Positions 28,254 to 42,500 of a stretch of 64,000 nt of DNA are shown one piece after another. The stretch is from a virus. Each line of letters begins with the position of its first letter. Positions within the stretch are counted from its first letter, which is position 1. The DNA lies in IMG/VR virus record IMGVR_UViG_3300023174_000065; one strand, given 5' to 3'. Both the position numbers and the translations under genes were made by a program. The notes below the pieces were generated by a model. The model was not told the origin of the DNA and made no database searches. It was given only the letters and a program-made list of their open reading frames with translations.

Positions 28254-29873
28254 TTAATACTTCACAATATAGTTAATTGCGACTGCACTTGGTGCAATCA
28301 ATCCGGTTAAATCTGGCAATTTTGGTACACCACCAGTATTGCCATATCGACCATTTATTACTGTTCTCAATGCAGAGTATACAGTGGCGGTTGGTATCAG
28401 GCTACCATCACACCATAACCAGCCATGCGGAGCATTTCCAGCTGTACTTCCTGCATATGGCATCATTGTTCCTACTGGAACCAGACTGCCAAATGGAGTG
28501 GATGTCACTGTACCGGTATTATTATAATTGATATCTCGCAAGAAAGCACTTTTTGTTTGACTATTTAAAGTTTGAGTACCAGTGCTAAAAATCAATATCA
28601 TATCAGTAGTACTAGTAACTGATGTAATAGGTTTTCCTATAATTAGAGAGTTAGACGCGGTCACTGTTAATAAAACAGGATTGCCTGCACCTGAGAACGA
28701 CACTGATGGAGCAGTCATGTCACCATTGACTGCAAAAACCGACGGACTAGTCAATGACGTGGCAGATGACACACTTCCTACTATTGATCCAATTACCGTA
28801 AGATTTCCACCAACTCTAGCGCCTCCAGCTATAACAATAGAATCACTTGCAGTTGAATTTGTTACAATTTTTTGAAAAGATCCATTATAGGTTGCACTAA
28901 TAGATCCATAAACACTGAGAGCGGTACTGCTACTATCAATACTTGGGGCATTGACTTGCACAGTCTTAGTAGAACCATCAATTACAAGTGTTGCAGCTCC
29001 TGCACCGGTGACCTCAAATGAGAATCTTCCCTGAGTCTCTTCATTTGAAAATACAGCATCATATTGATTTCTTCTACTCAAGGTAAAAGTGGGATTTGTG
29101 CCTATTCCTAGTGCTGTACCTCCTTGTTCAGAATCAACAGCGATATCAAGGCGTCTTGATATTTTCTGAGGTATATCATTTCTTAAAAAAGAATTTGCAG
29201 AAACATTTTCAATTGATGGAGAAGTTACTGCCAGATTGTATGAGGATTTTGCATTTCCATTTAATATAGAAGTTTCTGATAAGTTTACACCAGATTCAAT
29301 TAAACTAAATCCGTCTATAGTAACATATGGAACAAAAGTGTCTTGTGATATAACACTAATAGCATTACCGTCAACATAATTAATTATAATTTCATGAGGA
29401 TTTCCAGTAATATCGGTTACAGTTTCTGGATAACTTCCAGTAATTGTATTTGATGAAACATTTGGCCCAACTAAAACAAATTCTCTTCCATTATAGATTT
29501 TCATTTGTTGATTAGCGGTATCTACCCAAATATCACCAATTTTAACACTTGATGGCTGTGTGGACTGTTGATAAACACCATTTACAGGCGACCAATTTGA
29601 ACCGGTTGCACTTCCGTCATTTACTCTTAATTTCTTATTAGTAGGATCACTGGTATCAAACCAAATTTGTCCTTCAATTGGATTATTTGGAGGACTAGAA
29701 CTTGAAAAATTTTCTAATAAATGTACTAGATTTGTTGCAATTGCTTGTCCATATCCAGGATAATTTCTACCAATGAGTTCAAGACTAGTTGCTTGAATAT
29801 TTTTAGTACCGTCATTGATCAATATTGGATTGCTAGCCTTTACGGGATCTGAATAATAAATGGTATATGACAT
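28254..29873 (-). CDS. Short tail fibre/baseplate protein with terminal collar domain (paralog 1)
   Basis: Same N-terminal anchor; VPVGTMMPYAG..WLWCDG..LPDL..INYIVKY. Confidence 0.8.
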   Translation of the reverse strand: MSYTIYYSDPVKASNPILINDGTKNIQATSLELIGRNYPGYGQAIATNLVHLLENFSSSSPPNNPIEGQIWFDTSDPTNKKLRVNDGSATGSNWSPVNGVYQQSTQPSSVKIGDIWVDTANQQMKIYNGREFVLVGPNVSSNTITGSYPETVTDITGNPHEIIINYVDGNAISVISQDTFVPYVTIDGFSLIESGVNLSETSILNGNAKSSYNLAVTSPSIENVSANSFLRNDIPQKISRRLDIAVDSEQGGTALGIGTNPTFTLSRRNQYDAVFSNEETQGRFSFEVTGAGAATLVIDGSTKTVQVNAPSIDSSSTALSVYGSISATYNGSFQKIVTNSTASDSIVIAGGARVGGNLTVIGSIVGSVSSATSLTSPSVFAVNGDMTAPSVSFSGAGNPVLLTVTASNSLIIGKPITSVTSTTDMILIFSTGTQTLNSQTKSAFLRDINYNNTGTVTSTPFGSLVPVGTMMPYAGSTAGNAPHGWLWCDGSLIPTATVYSALRTVINGRYGNTGGVPKLPDLTGLIAPSAVAINYIVKY

Positions 29874-29875
29874 TA

Positions 29876-30526
29876 TTATGCTCCGTTAGACAGACTTTGA
29901 ATTCGCACAGTGTAATCAATTTGAACAAGGCGATTTAGGCTTTTTTGCACAGGATGAAAAATAACATGAGTCAATAGCATTCCAGTACCGTCTTCTTCGG
30001 GACTATATGCTCTAAGACCCAGTTCATCAAAAACAAAAGAACTATTCATATCAGTTGTATTGTCAAACGCCTGTTGGCCAGATGGCTCACCGTAGTCTAA
30101 TAGACAACTTACTAAAATATCAGTATAAGCTGTTCCAGAAATATGTCTATATTCCATGAAATTTCTAGCGGGATCCAAATTTAAAACATTGTTTGTGTCA
30201 ATATTTTTTATATATGTTTGATTGTATAAACTAGAAGATGTGCCAACAACATTGGGAGTCAAATAAGTGATAATACCAGTAGGATCAATTCTACTACCGC
30301 CATTTCCAAAACACATTTCTGAAATAAATCCTCGGCCTTGATTACTCATTGCCTGGGCCAGTCCAATTGAGAAATTTTCGTAATGGATGGCATTTCTTTT
30401 ATTAATGTAAACCTCATTAGTCTTGGGATCAAAAATCTTAATATGTCCCTGAACACTCCATGCTCCTGATTCATTTGGAGCAGTTTCTACGACTACCGGC
30501 GTTGTTTTATTATGTTCGTTTTTCAT
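29876..30526 (-). CDS. Virion structural protein, probable baseplate component
   Basis: 216 aa in the tail operon; QGHIKIFD, FGNGG, FDELGL, LLTHVIFHPVQKS; TAAATA at 30532-30537. Confidence 0.7.
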   Translation of the reverse strand: MKNEHNKTTPVVVETAPNESGAWSVQGHIKIFDPKTNEVYINKRNAIHYENFSIGLAQAMSNQGRGFISEMCFGNGGSRIDPTGIITYLTPNVVGTSSSLYNQTYIKNIDTNNVLNLDPARNFMEYRHISGTAYTDILVSCLLDYGEPSGQQAFDNTTDMNSSFVFDELGLRAYSPEEDGTGMLLTHVIFHPVQKSLNRLVQIDYTVRIQSLSNGA

Positions 30527-30599
30527 AATTATATTTATCCAATCAATAATAAGGAAGATGAGTATTCTTTAACGTTTTGTAGATCATGCGATCTTATAC

Positions 30600-33500
30600 T
30601 TATATGACCAAATCAATTATTTCATCACTACCTTCTTGTAAAACATTGCCAATGTACCACTGTTTCGATGTTCTCTTAGTCACATCCAATCTTGCTCCAA
30701 CTACCGGAATAAAGTTCAATGTCAATATATTAGTGGTCGTGGAAATATCATACTGAGATGTTAGAACAATATCCGACAACTCAGATGAGTCATATGATTT
30801 ATCAAAGTCATGTTTTATCGTTGATTGTCCTGGCTTCAACAACAAGCGTCCCTGATATCGAACTTCTACTTGATCGGTATAAGAAGCAGTATCATCAAAA
30901 TAGAAGTTACTAAGATAATAATCAGTTGACAGAGTTGTAGAAGTGGAAAATGTCTGAGTCACATCAGTAAAACCTAATGTTTGTGCTGTTCCTTGATCTA
31001 TTACTTCAGTTCCTGCCTTATGAACCCTTCTTGGCGAGGTTCCTAAAGTTCCTCTTCTAATCTGTGTTAATCGATTCTCATTGATCTCAAAGAACTCAAT
31101 TCTTTCGCCATCTACCAAAATTACTCCAGGTCTATTTTCTAATTTATTTGGCGGAGATAATGAATGCGTATATGACACGGCTATATATGTAGACGTTGAA
31201 TACAAGTTCTCTGCCAAGACTACTGTATTTTTTCCTCTAAGAGCCTTATAATGAGTTCGTCCTAAGAGATCCCTGAATATTCTGTAACCAGAAAGAGTAT
31301 TCACAAGATCAGCAAAACTAGTAATCACAACACTAATGTCCTGCGTCTGAGAGATGCCACTGTTAATTATAACGGTATATCCATCCGCATCAACTGTGTA
31401 ATCAACTCCTAGCGCCATTGGTTTCCCATTAACACTTACCCACACATATGCGGAATTCAACACAGGTCGTTGTAATCTATATTCACCGGTTGCGTGTCCA
31501 ATAAATCGTTCTGTTCGGATAAAATTAGGATCATGGTTGGTAAAGGTAGTGATTCTAAACTCATCATACTGTTGAGTAGCATAAGTTAGAATCAACTTGT
31601 CATCCTGTACAAGATAATCATGATTTTTTTTCACAACTATCGCAATCACATCTCCATCAATCAATGAATTTTCGGCAAATTTAATAGTGTTTTTGTTTTG
31701 ATTTAATTTCCAAATTCCAGAAACTGTGGAAATATCTCCGTTTATATAAACTTCAAGATCGTTTAATGCAATAGTTCTACTCTTAAATGTATATGATTCG
31801 CTAATATTATAAACCAATTGTCCATTCACCACTTGGTAATAACTTGTTACAGGAGGATTCAATCGAAGACCATTGTTAGTAACAATTACCTGACTATGAT
31901 ATGGAGCCAATTTGCCCGGAGGATTAGTAAGTGAAATTACAGTGGTAGCTGTATATGCCACATATACTTGTTCAGTTATCTCGCTAATCGCTTTTATCGG
32001 CGCACTGAACAGATATGACTGTATTGTTCCTGCACTGAAGAAAGTAAATTCTGGAGTATTTAAGTTATCCACTAAGCTATAATCAACTCCAAATATTGCC
32101 GGAATTCCATTAATTGTAACATATGTACTTGATCCAGCACTGCCTATTGCATCAAATAGTACGGGAGGCGAATATTTGCCACCTGGCGCAGAAAAAGTCT
32201 CAACATTATAATCTATTAAAGATATAGTTCCTGCATGAATCGATGTCAAGCTAAGAGCACCTAATCCAGGAGTTGTTGAAGTGAACCTAAAAGTATTATT
32301 GGTAAAATCTATCACGTATTCATTTTTGTTCAATTTTCTATTATTAAACACTGCAATTACAGAATCAATATTAGTAGGTTTTAGACCTAGACTATAAGTG
32401 GAAGTGGATCCGTTCACTGTATACAATTTATTAACGATGTTAGGTTGTACCAAAGGAGATTGTGTATAAAGACTGATACCAACTGATTCCATAATCTGAC
32501 CAGGAACACACTCTTCCGGAGCAGGACTATTATAAGAATTTAAGAAACCATCGTCGATCATTCCTGTCATAAATCTAGTTGATGTTGAGCCACCATCTAA
32601 TATTATTTCACTAGGAGTTAATCCTAGAGCGGTAGTGTATGCCATATTGCCGCCATTAATAACGGAGTCCAAGCTTCTTTCAATATCGTATATTTGCAAT
32701 GTTCCATCACTATCAGAGTGCCTGAATTCAATTAGCGTACTCGTTGTCAGGAAAGCCGAAGAAGGAATGGTGATCACAGTCTGAGTGGTAGCCGAAACAG
32801 TTGTTGTGAACTCAGATTTTATCACTGCTCTTGCGTATGCTTGTATCGTGGATGGTCCAGTGATTGTAACTACTGGAGTAGAAGTGTATCCTCTGCCGCT
32901 ATTTTGTAATTCTATACCAGTAATTTGGCCTAACACATTCAGTATTGCAGTGGCGGTTGCAGCAGTTCCACTGATAGAATTAGGCGAAGATATTGTCACT
33001 GTTGTCAATGAAGATACATAACCTGAACCTGACACAGTGACTTCTATATTGTCAATTGCTCCTGATCCTATTCCAATAATCGTAGGAACTATTGCAGATC
33101 CCGTGCCGTCAATTCTAGTCTTATTTAGGTAAACATTAACTCTTGTTCCAGTACTGATTATAGTATCGGTAAGAACAAATGTCTGCGTACTCGTAGAATT
33201 TGTTGAATATGAAATATAACCAGATTCTAAAGAATAATTATCCCATGTCGTAGTCCCAAATGGCAACATATCCCAACCATTTGAAAAATCAAATGGCAAA
33301 GTTTCAATTGATAAACCATCATAGGCCACTCCCGACATCAACTGCTCGGGATCTTTTCCAGGCATACCAGCGGTTGGTTGATAATAGTATTCAATTCGAT
33401 CTACTGCTGTGTAAAACGACAGATTTTTTAAATAACTAATTCTAATTCTATCAAATTTATTAGGAATATACTGTAATTTAAGAACAGCATATGATTTTGT

Positions 33501-36500
33501 ATAGCTATTATTAAATTTTTCTTTTCGATATTCTATTGTATAACTATCATAAAGCTGTAAAGTATCGTTGACATATAGGTCTATATCTGCTTTGTTTAAA
33601 ATAGGTACCCATGTTAAATCAAATGAGACTTGGTTATCTATAGCAACAAACGAGTCGGTCCATGTTGATGTGCCAATTTCTCGTTGACCAGTCACTCTAT
33701 CAAACTTTAAGGCAACAGTGTTTGTTCTAACTGGACTTTTGCCTAGTCTAGCATACACCCTTGCAGGAGTTAGAGCACCATTTCCTCCTCCGTTGATAAC
33801 AACAGTAGGCGCAACAGTGTATCCATTTCCAGGATTTGTCACAATAATGTCGGTTATTTTTCCTAACGCAACATATGCAATTGCAGTTGCGCCATATCCA
33901 GTATCATTTGCGGCGGCTATTATTGAAATAGTTGGCACTGCATTATAACCAGATCCACCATCAAATACAGTTATTGACTCTATGCCATGAGTGTGATTTT
34001 CAAACCATGATTTCCAAGGATACTGTAATAGTTTCTTATTTCCAAAATCAACATTAGTAAAATTAGATGTTGAAGTATTGTAATACACTGGCAAATCAAA
34101 GTCAGTGGTGAAACTTTGAGTAAATTCCGTACTGGTATATGCCTCTACAAATTTTCTAATTTTTGTATGATATGGTTTAATTTCTTTTAAGAAATTTTCA
34201 TAATTTTTGCTATTTTGTAATTTGTAGGAATGACGCTGATCCAAACTACCCAAATTATTTATTACTGAAATAAACGTAGTTTTGAATGCCCAGTCTAAAT
34301 TTTTCTGCTCAGTCATTGCATATCGAACAGCTTTGAAGAAAAGCTGATTCCAATATATCTTTAAATTTCCTACGAATATATCATCTTTTAATGCTGTAAC
34401 GGCATAAAAAATTTCTTTAGAAGGTGATTGATCGAATTGAGTTTGGTCAAATCCAGCACGTTGATCCCATGCATACAATGATCCCGATAGGTTCCATAGT
34501 GGTTCAAGGAATTGTATAGTGCCATTTTGAGAGTACACAATATTCCAATTATCATCGAATGTGCCGCCAGTGCCAGCGGTTCTTTCAAGTATCAAATATC
34601 TTCCGTCACCGCCGTTTTCAACTTTAATATAACTGCCGATGTCCAACGACTCCCATGCATCAAGTGCAAATGTCGAGGATATTTTTGCAGATATTTCCAT
34701 TCGAGAATTATAATTAGGACTCATCCAATCTATATATTTCCAGTACTGAGTAGTGTCATATTCCTGTGTCCTGGACTTGTTCCAACGCTGTCTCTCAACA
34801 TCCCACTCATATACTGCCCACTTGCCATTAACCGTGGAATCAGTCTGCACCACTACAGTAAAGGGCCTAACTGTAATAGTTGCATAAGTGTATTGACTAC
34901 CAGGATTTATTATAGATACACGAACAACGCGACCAGATTCATCTATTCCATCCTTTTCAGGAACAATGATCTCTGCTCCCGTTCCGTCACCTGTAATCAC
35001 AAGCGTCGGTGATACTCTATAATCTGATCCAGGATCAACAATTACAACTGATGAAATTTTACCATTTAAATCAATTATTGGCCTAATATCTGCTGATTTT
35101 ATACTCTTGACATTTACAAGCTCAAGTGCGTAAATGTCTTCAACTAGTAAATCATAGGATGCCGCTGCTGGAATATGATCTTTTGATTCCAGATTCCCAA
35201 AGTTAATTTTATCGGTAATCAATAAAGATGCCAATATTGTATTACTGAATTCCATGATATTACGCATTGCTTCTAGTGGATATTTGAAGAGACTCTGCTG
35301 TGGTCTAATTCCCAGTCCATATCTAACCTTTTCTGGCAAGTTAGGAAACGGTACTGCATTTCCTATTTCATCATGCCCTATTAAGCTATCTATCAATTTT
35401 TTTTCTAATAATGCGTTTGGCTTACTATTAGGATCATTTTCTTGCAATAATAGCCATTCAGTGTGCCTATTTGCAGAATTTCTGGTATAATCAAATGTAA
35501 TATTAAGATTAACATTATTTGACACAAGAGCAGGCTTGATATTTGATATCATGGCCGATGTTGGACCTAGAATTGCTATTGATTTAATCCCTGAACCAAC
35601 AGGATCAGCTATTTGTGATGCAACACTAAATGCAGTAAGTTTCCTATTATGAACGTTGTCAGGAAGAATATTTTTGTTCTTTACCCAGTAATAGTATACA
35701 TTACTAAACGAGTTTGAAACTGAATTATATACCTGTTTTACCGACATTACTGTATTTGTGGCAAATTTTGGCTGGCCGCTTATTCCTCGTGCCAATCCAT
35801 CCGCAGTGTCTGCAAAAGTGCTCCACTCTATTGGCAAGAATTCCGATTTTACCCACTCATAAACGTCAATTGTACATCCAGGAAATAAACGATTCCAATT
35901 GTTTTTTCTATATTCCAACTCACCCTGTTCGTACCATACAAATTTTACATTAGAAAGATCCCACCACAATTCACCCACATGCTCATCAAGCCAGTTAGAA
36001 TTTGTATCAACATTTGTACTATCAATGCCAATACTGTAGATTGCAGGATCATAAGGTGTGATAAATTTTAATTCCTGCTTTGCTGTTGCCAAAATATCAC
36101 CCTTAACTGGATCAATAATGTCAAGGTAATCTTTGACTTGTTGTGTTTTTGAATCAATAGTTGATGCTTTTTTAACTAGTGTTAGATCGACCAGTGGTGA
36201 ATTTTGTCTGAGAAGTTTCCATGCATTTACAGACACTTCTTTTCGATCATAGATGTAGACCTGACCTCGGCCTTGATTGTATGAACTCAACAGTGACGGT
36301 GCACCAACACAAATAGTCTTTGAAGTAACTGATAAACCTGATCCAAATGAGCTTCCCAAATTGACTGAGGATGAAGGCAATTCTTGTGCGTAAGTCCAAA
36401 ATTCTCCATACTTGTAGTAAACATGAACTGTTCCAACATCATAAACTACATCATAAAAGGTGGTCGTTCCTGTATCAAAATCTGTAGTTGAATTCCTAAC

Positions 36501-39500
36501 GGGACTTGTAGGATCATTCACATAAATTGTACCATATAATGAGTTTGCAATGGTACTTCCTAGTCTTGTTGAGTTTCTATCATAAGTTGTTGTACCAGAA
36601 TATATACTATTCTTGGTCGAAATCACTAACTCAGTCTCAGTTTCATCCAATGCAATATCATACCCAAATTCCAATTTACCAAATTCAAATGGCGAATCCA
36701 GGCGCTGATTGAATGAATAATTGGTACCTGTCCACATGAAAATATCGACTACACCTGTATTGTTTCCTCTAGCAGAATCATTATAATTTTGTGTACCAAT
36801 AAACAAAAACTTTCCATCTTTTGTTAGTTTTATCGTTGATCCAAAATTATCAGATGCTCCAAAAGTAACTGGAAGTTCAGAGCTATCTCCTGATATTATT
36901 TTCAACTGCTCAAGTACATTGGTTGTAGAATTTTCACGATATACAAATACTGCACCGGTTGATCCCAATGTATTATTAATTCCTGGAGCAGTTACGGCAA
37001 CAATACTATTATTCCAATTTGCCGCAATATTTGTACCAAAGTTACTTCCTGTAGAAATAGAAGGCGAAGTTCTACTAGAATATGTCACATTGACCGAAGT
37101 TGTTACACCAACGGTATAACGATAAATTGCACCTATGCCATTAGCATATCCAGGAGAGCCAACAATTAATTTTGATGTCTGAGTTGAATACGCCAATGAT
37201 TTTCCAAATCGAGTATTGTTTTCAGGATTAGGAGTTGTTATAACGGTCGCAGTCGTCTCTGTTCGTCCATTTTCATTAATTATGGATAGTTTTACAACTC
37301 CCTGGTTGACAAATTGATTAGAAATACCCGATGCAGGATTAACTACTGTATTTGTCAAGGTTGATTTCACACTTGATGCACCGGATGCTCCTGCAATAAC
37401 CAATGATATTCCTGAATCAAACGCAACTGCTTCTCCAAAGAAACTAGTTTCAGTTCCATCATAGTATGTAATATTATCTTTATTAATAGAATAGCTAAAA
37501 TTAAATCGAGGATTACTATCGGCATTTCTAGTTAGAACGGAAATACGGCCAGTGTAACCGTAGATGGTCTCTTTGTATGTAGGAGATGATACGATGATAG
37601 TGGTAGTATTGACATTCTGAACAATTTTATAACCATACTGTTGACTGGTAATATCAGGCGCTGGAGCAGATATAACACTGGTAACTGTTGTAAAATTATC
37701 AATTTTTTGATATACTGCCCAATTACCGTCGCCCTTATCATCAATCCACATTAGTTCGCCGATGCGTCGGTCAGTATCATATGATAAACTGTTAGTAGCT
37801 GACCAGTTTAAATCTGACATTCTAGAGCTTTTAAATGTGTGTAATAATCCTCCTAGAAAATCAGGCAATACTGGCAATTCAAAAAGTACAGAGAATACTG
37901 TAAATTCTGTTGGACTGATAATTCGTGCAACTACATAACACCGATCAACATCAACTGCAATGCCTGTTATACTAACAATATCATTTGTATTGAGTAAATG
38001 TGGTCTACTGGTAACAAAAGCAGTTTCCTGACCAGAAATATAGATTTCAGCAGCAATAATCTTAGTAGCAACTTTGGTATATCGTAATACATCCCAATCT
38101 CTACTCTCAGTGTAACCTAGCCAAATAGCCGTTCCATCAGTGAGTGCTGCATTATTTGAAATATCTAAAATACTATTTTTATTAAAAGCAGTCAATGATA
38201 TATCATCAAATCTAGGATATCCCGCAACAGGTATTTCAAAATCTGTGTACACAGTGGATGTAGTCAGAGTTGGGAACGCCTGTTCAATATCAAAATTATC
38301 AGGCGAAATAATCACATCATTAATATCTTTGTAATAAATGGAGTCAGCAACATCAGTTGGTATTGTATTGACAAAGCCAATAATCTGTGGATTTTCAATA
38401 AATTTTGTAGGATCTAGAGGTGTTTCCAGTTCTTGATAAGTATTGAATCCACCATAATATCCAATGCGAAATGCCCACTCCTCGTTGAAATCTATACTTC
38501 CACTATCATTGATTAGTGTAGATTTGCTCAACTTAATCAAAGGATTTTTTGTACCCTTTTCACGAATATATCCCTGATAGAACTTATATTCCGCAACTGA
38601 ATTGCCAATAATATTGTTAAGATAAGGTCGTGGCAAGTAACCAACCAAATGCTGTGCCATGCGCTGTTGACCTGCATCAAAATTATCAATATCAAGACTA
38701 TAAAAATCTTCAAATTGATTAATCTTATAATCAAAGTTTGGATATAAAGTTGATTCCGGTTTACTACTCAAAAGGGTCCAACTAGTTAGATCAAAGGACT
38801 GACTGCCTTGTACTGACTTTGTGGCAGAATAATAATTGCCAGAAAACCGTACAACCTGACCAATTTCATAACTAGTAAATTTTTCCCAATCAACTATCGT
38901 TGCTCTATCAAATATAAATCCTGGACTAAAAAAGTCTCCATTCCAATTTTTAGTTCTGAATCCCTGAAGTTTTACCCTACGCTGACGATAACCTGTTTCA
39001 ATATCATATATAACATCATTAAACAGACTATAATTGTTAAAAATTAATGCATGTTCTTTTTGAACAAGATTTAATTTGGCAAAATATATACCATCCGTGG
39101 CATTGACCGTTGATATTGTGAAGTTTCCATCCGATCGAATCAACGTAAATCTATTTTGTAGGAATGGTGATCCATCTGCTCTAAGCAAACTATACTCATA
39201 AAATTTATTGAGTATGTTATCAACTATTCCAGTATTTGAATAAAAGTTCAGTTTATTTGCAAACGGACTCAGAGTTATAACTGAATTAGTTGTCCAATTC
39301 TGAGTTGTCCAAAATAAAAATTCTTTAGCACTAAGCGTCCAATCAGAAATTTCACCTAAATCATTTACAAAGTCATCAAATATAAATCCTTTAGATACAA
39401 GCCAGCGCCCATAACCGATAATAAAATCATACACTTCTTGTATAGTTTCAAAGGTGGTACCATAGGGAACATTCTTTGCAGTATCTGAAAATAACGAGCG

Positions 39501-42500
39501 AGTAGACACACTTATTCCACCGATCATTGGCAAATAAGGAAGACTTTGATAATAAGACATCACGAAGTCTACACCACTATTGTGCTTCTGTTTTGACCGA
39601 TAGTACCTGTCCATATAAAATACAATCTGACCAAGATCATATATAGAATTTGCCTGCCAATTTACAAAATTTTCGGATCTACCTCCAGAAACTTCAAGTC
39701 GGTCAGTTGCAACTGGTACTGGCTCAAATACTGTAAAGAATGGTTCATATTTGTCATAACCTCTAACAGAGAATCCCGTGAGAGTCTTTTGTACTATTAT
39801 TCCAGAAATTCCCAAAGTCTGTATAGGTGAACTTTGATTAAAAAATATCTGATAGTCTTCAGATGGCAATAATACTCCAGGATATGGACTCGTAGGATCT
39901 ATAGAGTCAATTGAGATTTGAAGTTTGTCTTTGCTTACAAATCCGCCTAATTTTACCATCAAATTATACGTAACGTTAGACAAATCATTTTTTAAGGAGG
40001 TAAGATATTTTGCATCATTCATTAGTCCACGTTCAATTACAAAAACACTATAACCAGAAGCAAGTACTCTAGTGCCGTTAACAACATCACGATATAGAGA
40101 AACCTTTGACAAGTTTAAAAACTGATGACTTTTTCCATACTTATATTGATTAAACTTATTTGCTATCAACCTATCAGGATCAAACATAAAAGCTGCATAA
40201 TCGGCCGGCTTAGTAAGCGCTGCAACAATTTGATAGATAAATGGCCAATAACTACTCTTTCTCCATGAGGTTTCGGCCGGACCTTGGTCTCCCACTATCC
40301 AATCACTGTCAATATTAATGCTTCTGATATTAATAATTCTTTTAGGATCACCAGGATTAATTATAGCAGTTGTGACCAGTCCAGTATCTGTTGGACTTAA
40401 TAAATTACCACTATCATCAACTGGAATAAAATTAGACAATCCTGGTCTTGAATACAAAGAATGTGTTCCTGCGCGATCACCACTTGCAATCTTGCCAGAT
40501 TCCAAGTCATTCCAAAGAATTGTATTTCCACGAGTATAAGGAGAAGGTCCATACTCGGTATTCCACCATTCAGGTTTTTCAGTAAATCCTAGCATTTCCC
40601 ATGGATGAGTATGAGGACGATCAGTGTCATAGAAAAATTTATATATTGCTCGCCAGTGTCCTGGCATTCTACGCTTGTGTATTCCATCAATCATTCCAGA
40701 ATAATTAAATGTAAACGTATCCAACTGATCAAATGTATTATTAGTTTGATAATCTACCCCAAAATTACCTGCCCACTTTAATATATCGGGAGTAATAATA
40801 TCGGTAATCTCATTTATTGAATAGTCAGTTGTTCTAAATGCACCTGGAATAATTGAGTTTATGTCGATCAAATGTCTCTTATAATCTGTTTTTATATTAT
40901 TATAAACACGAATTTCAAATTCTAATAAAACATCATCTCTATAGTCACCAAATGCAAGAGTGATACTACCATCATGACCCTGAATAACCAAACGAGGATC
41001 ACCTACATATGTGTCATCATAGAATTTTGCTGGAGTATATTTAGGATAAAGACCCAATTTTGTAGGTGTAGGAGGAACAAAATTACCTACAGTACTGGAA
41101 TAGTCAGAAACTAAAATAATATCACCGGATGAAAGAGGAACTTTAATCGTAAAACTTGCAGAAAATCTATCAATAATATAATCTCTGCCACTGATCAATA
41201 ACACATCATTCAAATATATCAAAATTGATCTTTCGCTCAGGACTGTATTATCAAAAATACTCTCCAAACTATAAATTTTGTTTCTTGAATCAGTGACTGT
41301 ATATGATCTATCACTATGATTTTTGCCATAAGCAATCATATCTGAAAAATTATACGAAACTGAATTGTCTTTTACCAGATTTAGTGAGGATATTGCCAAA
41401 TCTAGAATATCCCTGGGAAATAAATCGTAGGAATTTCTCAAATCAGTAATACTTCTAAGGAGATTGGATTTAAATTGGTTATAATCTTGTGCAACCTGTC
41501 TTACAGAATCAATTATACTGTGTTGTTTTGTTCCTAAAAAGTAATGAGCAAAACTCATGGGATTGGAATGACTTACTAATTTAGATCCATATTTTCCAAC
41601 ATTTGATAAATCTCGCAAGTTTCCATTTCCTGGAAAAACTCCAATAAATTCAGGACTATTATAGGCAATTGTTCTGACGTGGTCACTTAGTTCCGCATAT
41701 GTAAAATTGCCGATAGGTCCATTTAATGGATTGTCGGTTAAATTACTAGGTATTTCATAATAACCATGATCATTAGAAGGTTTTTCAGTAAACAGTTTTA
41801 TTAAAACTCTATCGTTCACTGAAAATGAATTTTCTACTACAACATATGCTCTCTCTGAATCCCTTGCTATTCTAAAATCAATATAACGACGCTTTTTGAC
41901 ATCATTTACATATAGATCAATCTCAAGATCAGGTGTATAACCAGGCTCGTCAATTGCAATAATTTGAACGTATATGATTTCTGAATCAATCACTTGATAT
42001 TGAATAATTGGAATATGTAGTTCGGACTGCTCTGTCCACACATCTAAAAATGATTCTGTACCATCGGCATATGTTATCTTTAGATAATTGCCAGCAACCA
42101 TTCGATCTTCGATCTGATTATTGACCGATAATGCAAACGTATCCGTCATAAAATCATTATTGAACAGATAGTCGCCTTGATTTGCTATATTTTTATATTT
42201 TAATGGAAAATTTAAAATGGCGTCTTTTGAATTATTGGTATCCACTGCGTAACTAAACACATTTGTTCCACGAAATGTGGAATTATATACGGTCTGGTCA
42301 GAAAAACTAATTCCATCATCGTCAAAAACATCAAACTTAGGAAATTGATTTAACGCAAGACGCTGTTGAGAATATGTCCATTCATTGCCGTTAAACCACC
42401 AATTTGTTCCCTTATATGTTTCGCCACGAAGAACTACCAATGAAGAATTGTACTCAGATACAGTATCCAGAGTTTCTACCAAGTCTACTACTTGTTTTCC

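Noticed and set aside
21359-29873. Diversity-generating retroelement acting on fibre tips
   Set aside because: No reverse transcriptase and no adenine-mismatched TR/VR repeat pair noticed in the window
30544-30602. Read-through or frameshift extension of the 4462-aa protein into DRMIYKTLKNTHLPYY
   Set aside because: Two in-frame TAA stops and no slippery site or stimulator; cannot be supported
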